From Myxococcales bacterium (GTDB lineage: Bacteria > Myxococcota_A > UBA9042), in NCBI GenBank assembly GCA_037441385.1, contig JBBISH010000169.1:1-10824 (forward strand): a DNA stretch of 10,824 nucleotides. Direction: 5' to 3'. The translations under genes and the position numbers were made by a program. This document shows, piece after piece, positions 8,219-10,824 of the stretch. Every line of letters starts with the position of its first letter. Positions within the stretch are counted from its first letter, which is position 1. The notes beneath the pieces were generated by a model. That model had not been told where the DNA came from. It was given only the letters and a program-made list of their open reading frames with translations, and did no database searches.

Positions 8219-8905
8219 CTAGCCGCGCGGACGATTGCGGTAGTGCACGAAGTCGCCATCCCCATGCAACTGTAGATAGGGGTTCGACTTTTCTTGCTCC
8301 TCCAGCGTGGCTTCGGGGACGCGGCCGTAGTCGTGACCGGGCAGAATCGCGGTGACTTTGGGCAAGTTCGCGCGAAGGTTGGACAAACTCTTGAAGAGCG
8401 CGTGCGCGTCGCCTCCTGGCAAGTCGCAGCGCCCGCAACCGTCGATGAACAACGTGTCGCCCGTCAACAGCTTGTGATCGTTGCACAACAGGCACTGCGA
8501 TCCCGGCGTGTGCCCCGGCGTAGCCAGGCAGCGCACCGTGGCACCGCCGCCCAAGTCGATCTGGTCGCCCCCATCGTGCCAAACTACCTCGGTCAACCAC
8601 GTAACATCGCGCAACCACTGCCTTTCTGCCTTCTGCACGTGGATTCGAGCGGCGAACCGTTCGAGCAGTGACTCCACGCCGTTGCGGTGGTCAGGGTGGT
8701 GGTGGGTCAGCATCACGTCCGTGATGGGCCGGCCCAGGGCCTCCGCCCGAGCGAGCAGGGTCGGGGCGTCCCACGCTGGATCGACCACTGCCAGGCGCCC
8801 GCGTTGGGCAGGAACCAGCAAATACACAAAGTTGGCCATCGGACCGAGTTGCAGACGCTCGATCTGCAGGGGCGCGATCGGCGGTGGCGCTTCTCCATTT
8901 GTCAT
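8219..8905 (-). CDS. MBL-fold metallo-hydrolase, glyoxalase II (hydroxyacylglutathione hydrolase)-like
   Basis: THHHPDH (HxHxDH), TPGHTPGS, TGDTLFIDGCGR, PGHDY and EQEKSNPYL. AGGTG SD-like sequence upstream of the ATG. Confidence 0.92.
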   Translation of the reverse strand: MTNGEAPPPIAPLQIERLQLGPMANFVYLLVPAQRGRLAVVDPAWDAPTLLARAEALGRPITDVMLTHHHPDHRNGVESLLERFAARIHVQKAERQWLRDVTWLTEVVWHDGGDQIDLGGGATVRCLATPGHTPGSQCLLCNDHKLLTGDTLFIDGCGRCDLPGGDAHALFKSLSNLRANLPKVTAILPGHDYGRVPEATLEEQEKSNPYLQLHGDGDFVHYRNRPRG

Positions 8906-8956
8906 CTAGACACCTATCTAGTCATCAAGGCGCGCGACGTGCGGCGCAAGGTTTGA

Positions 8957-9088
8957 TACCAATTCCGTCCGAATCGGATCGAAAACTCGGGCAATTCTTC
9001 GGGCCCGAACCGGGGTCCCCGCCTGATTCTCTCCAGTTGCAGAACGGGTCAGAAAAACCGTACAGGCGCGAATCAGGTGGGGTGCGTA
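8957..9088. mobile_element. 132-bp MITE-like element, copy 2 (same orientation as copy 1)
   Basis: Flanked by TGA (8954-8956) and TGA (9089-9091). Ends are TACCAATTCC...GGGGTGCGTA. Same length as copy 1 with no indels. Confidence 0.85.
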
Positions 9089-9178
9089 TGAGTCGCTGGC
9101 CCGGCAACGCCGGGGGAGCCGGTCGGGCACAAAGGGGAGGCGCGCACCCAGCGGTTCGGGGAAAGCGCGGGCACGCAA

Positions 9179-10444
9179 CTACAGAATATCGAAAATGGAT
9201 TCGACGCGCGGCAAGCGCACCTCGGTACCCCGGGTCAAGCTGAGGACGGCTTGCTCGAGCCACCGCGCCGTGGCGGCCTTGCGGTCGCCCAATTGGGTAC
9301 CGCGCACGATGGCCTCCATGTCGGCGACCCGCGACAGCGACGCTTCCAGGCGCCCCGGCGGCCGCAGCGCGCGCACCTGACGACAAAGATTACCGATGTA
9401 GAACGGACTCTTGCCCAGTTCAGCGGCGATATCGCCCTCGCTGTAACCGCGCTGCAGCAGGGCCTGAACCCGCACGAGCGTTTGATAGTGGCTCGACAGA
9501 AAGCCCACCAGGCGGTTGACCTCGTCGTCGCGGGCAGACGGCGGCACGTGCTCGAGCATCAGATAGAGGACCGTCAGGGCGCGCAGTGGGTCTTGGCTCG
9601 CGATGGCGTCGGTCAGTGCAAAGGTGGCCGCGTCCCGGTCCATGGGCACCGTTTCCTCGACACTCTGCAACGAAATCGTGCCCTTGGGACCCGCATCGAG
9701 CAGCAGTCGGTCGGCCGTTTGGCGCAGGCGCGCCGGGTCGGCGCCACCCAGACGGTCCCACACCTTCTGCGCGACGCCGCGTTCGATACTGATCCGCCAA
9801 GCCGCTGCCTCTGTTTCGAAGTATTGTTGCAAGGTTGCAACGGTAAGCGGCGGAACTTCCACGATGGCGCCGGCGCGGCCGATCGCCTTGCACACCCGGC
9901 TCGCCCGCGACAGGTGCTCGGCGATGAAAATCACCACGCAGGGCGGGTTCGTCACGGCGGGGTCAAAGGAATTCAACAGTTTCTCTAGCGAATCCTCGTG
10001 CGGCGCCTCGGCCTTGGCCTTCTTGCTCGCCTTGGCCGACTCGCCAAAGCTGAGACCGTCGCAATGCACCACCGTCACCACGCGGCGCAGGCCAAACATC
10101 GACATCGAGCGAGCTTCCAAAGCGATCAGGTCGTGGATCCCGGTCGCTTGATGGTCCCCGTCCAGGTAGTCGACCTTGACGTGGTCCAAGTCGCGGTCCC
10201 CGCCAGCGAGCGCAGCCTCTTCGATGCGAGCGGCAACTGCCAGCAATGCTTGCGGATCGGCGCCCACCTTCTCGTCGTTGCGGCCGCGCGACTCGACTTC
10301 GGCCGAAGTGACCAAGTAGGCGTGGCGCAGGCGGCCCGCGGCAAGTTCGGCCTGCAAGGCCGCCCCCGAATCGAGACGAGTCAATGGTTCTGGCGACTTA
10401 GCGGGCTTGCTGTCGGCAGGAGGGGTGGTGCGCGTGACGGCCAT
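9179..10444 (-). CDS. holA: DNA polymerase III subunit delta (clamp loader)
   Basis: LRHAYLV N-terminal strand, SMSMFGLRRVVTV (equivalent to the clamp-binding xSLF loop), ISLQSVEETV, FALTDAI and LGKSPFY are typical HolA segments. The ATG at 10444 (421 aa) is preferred and is supported by promoter spacing. Confidence 0.8.
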   Translation of the reverse strand: MAVTRTTPPADSKPAKSPEPLTRLDSGAALQAELAAGRLRHAYLVTSAEVESRGRNDEKVGADPQALLAVAARIEEAALAGGDRDLDHVKVDYLDGDHQATGIHDLIALEARSMSMFGLRRVVTVVHCDGLSFGESAKASKKAKAEAPHEDSLEKLLNSFDPAVTNPPCVVIFIAEHLSRASRVCKAIGRAGAIVEVPPLTVATLQQYFETEAAAWRISIERGVAQKVWDRLGGADPARLRQTADRLLLDAGPKGTISLQSVEETVPMDRDAATFALTDAIASQDPLRALTVLYLMLEHVPPSARDDEVNRLVGFLSSHYQTLVRVQALLQRGYSEGDIAAELGKSPFYIGNLCRQVRALRPPGRLEASLSRVADMEAIVRGTQLGDRKAATARWLEQAVLSLTRGTEVRLPRVESIFDIL

Positions 10445-10450
10445 GCGGCG

Positions 10451-10479
10451 AGGGTACGCTGACGGGACGGCGACCGCAA
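10451..10479 (-). promoter_or_regulatory. Putative sigma70-type promoter of holA, leaderless configuration
   Basis: The minus strand reads TTGCGG-N17-TACCCT-N6-ATG, with no SD sequence before the ATG. Confidence 0.5.
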
Positions 10480-10514
10480 CGGCACACGGAGAGGCGGCGA
10501 ACCAGTCAGGGCTC

Positions 10515-10543
10515 TTGACACGGGCCCGTGGTCTGCGTAGCAT
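10515..10543 (+). promoter_or_regulatory. Sigma70 promoter of tRNA-Asn
   Basis: TTGACA (10515-10520), a 17-nt spacer and TAGCAT (10538-10543), followed by a GC-rich discriminator-like stretch. Confidence 0.8.
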
Positions 10544-10596
10544 TCGTCCCGCTCCGGCGGCGACGCCTGGGCAACGGCCCCTCCGCGGGGTTCCGT

Positions 10597-10672
10597 TCCG
10601 ACGTAGCTCAGTCGGTAGAGCAGATGACTGTTAATCATCGGGTCCCGTGTTCAAGTCACGGCGTCGGAGCCA
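10597..10672 (+). tRNA. tRNA-Asn (GTT)
   Basis: 76-nt cloverleaf: acceptor TCCGACG/CGTCGGA, D arm GCTC/GAGC, anticodon arm GATGA-CTGTTAA-TCATC, T arm CCGTG-TTCAAGT-CACGG, discriminator G and encoded CCA. Confidence 0.98.
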
Positions 10673-10680
10673 GTAGATAC

Positions 10681-10719
10681 AAGGGGTTACACCGCAGGGT
10701 GTAGCCCCTTTGTGCTTTT
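10681..10719 (+). terminator. Intrinsic terminator-like hairpin after the tRNA
   Basis: AAGGGGTTACACC-GCAG-GGTGTAGCCCCTT forms a 13-bp stem with one G-U pair and is followed by TGTGCTTTT. Confidence 0.75.
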
Positions 10720-10758
10720 GGGGTTGCGTTTGGGGTTGCTTTTGATGCAACCCCGAAA
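10717..10758. repeat. Two tandem TTTGGGGTTGC repeats plus one inverted copy
   Basis: TTTGGGGTTGC at 10717-10727 and 10729-10739 (12-bp period); GCAACCCCGAAA at 10747-10758. Confidence 0.85.
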
Positions 10759-10824
10759 CCCGCGTGAAGCGCGTTGATCGGCAAGGCGTCGGCCCAGGTC
10801 GCCCTGCCTGCTCGCGCCCGGCTA

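Noticed and set aside
8219..8905. Metallo-beta-lactamase resistance gene
   Set aside because: There is no signal peptide, and the GDTLFxxGCGR, PGHDY and ExxxNP motifs point to the glyoxalase II-like group.
7903..9088. Composite transposon of two MITEs carrying the MBL hydrolase gene
   Set aside because: Each copy has its own duplication (TTA/TTA and TGA/TGA) and the outer flanks differ (TTA vs TGA), which indicates independent insertions rather than joint mobilisation.
7903..9088. DGR template/variable repeat pair
   Set aside because: Mismatches are not confined to adenines of one copy (5 of 11 at most), neither copy lies at the 3' end of a target gene, and no reverse transcriptase is present in the window.
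9090..9178. Intrinsic terminator after holA (hairpin CCCGGC-AAC-GCCGGG near 9100-9114)
   Set aside because: The stem is short and GC-rich with no U-tract on the minus strand, which is not enough support.
7617..9386. ORFs 7617..8204, 7218..7940, 8884..9243 and 8925..9386 as paralogous genes
   Set aside because: Their shared peptide segments come only from reading through the 132-bp element, and they overlap better-supported genes.
10445..10543. N-terminal extension of HolA to 10543 (and similarly of SerB to 6117)
   Set aside because: The extensions lack family-like sequence, and the HolA one would run across both divergent promoters.

Overview
High-GC bacterial chromosomal window; the gene content is suggestive of Myxococcota/deltaproteobacteria (inference). 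From left to right: (1) the 3' part (>1,330 aa, start outside the window) of a very large Cys/Asp-rich repeat protein with 38 CxDxNxCT-type units and two inserted lectin-like beta-sandwich domains; (2) a stand-alone 2-oxoacid dehydrogenase E2-type acyltransferase catalytic domain; (3) a run of minus-strand genes: ACT-fused phosphoserine phosphatase SerB, a GMC oxidoreductase whose conserved active-site Asn residues appear replaced, a small probable partner ORF, an MBL-fold hydrolase and DNA polymerase III delta (HolA); (4) a divergent tRNA-Asn(GTT) with a clear sigma70 promoter and terminator, followed by short repeats resembling integrase arm sites. The most notable non-coding signal is two copies of a 132-bp MITE-like element (7903-8034 and 8957-9088, 121/132 identical). 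Each copy has its own 3-bp TNA target duplication and imperfect TAC...GTA terminal inverted repeats, and is open in one frame on each strand.
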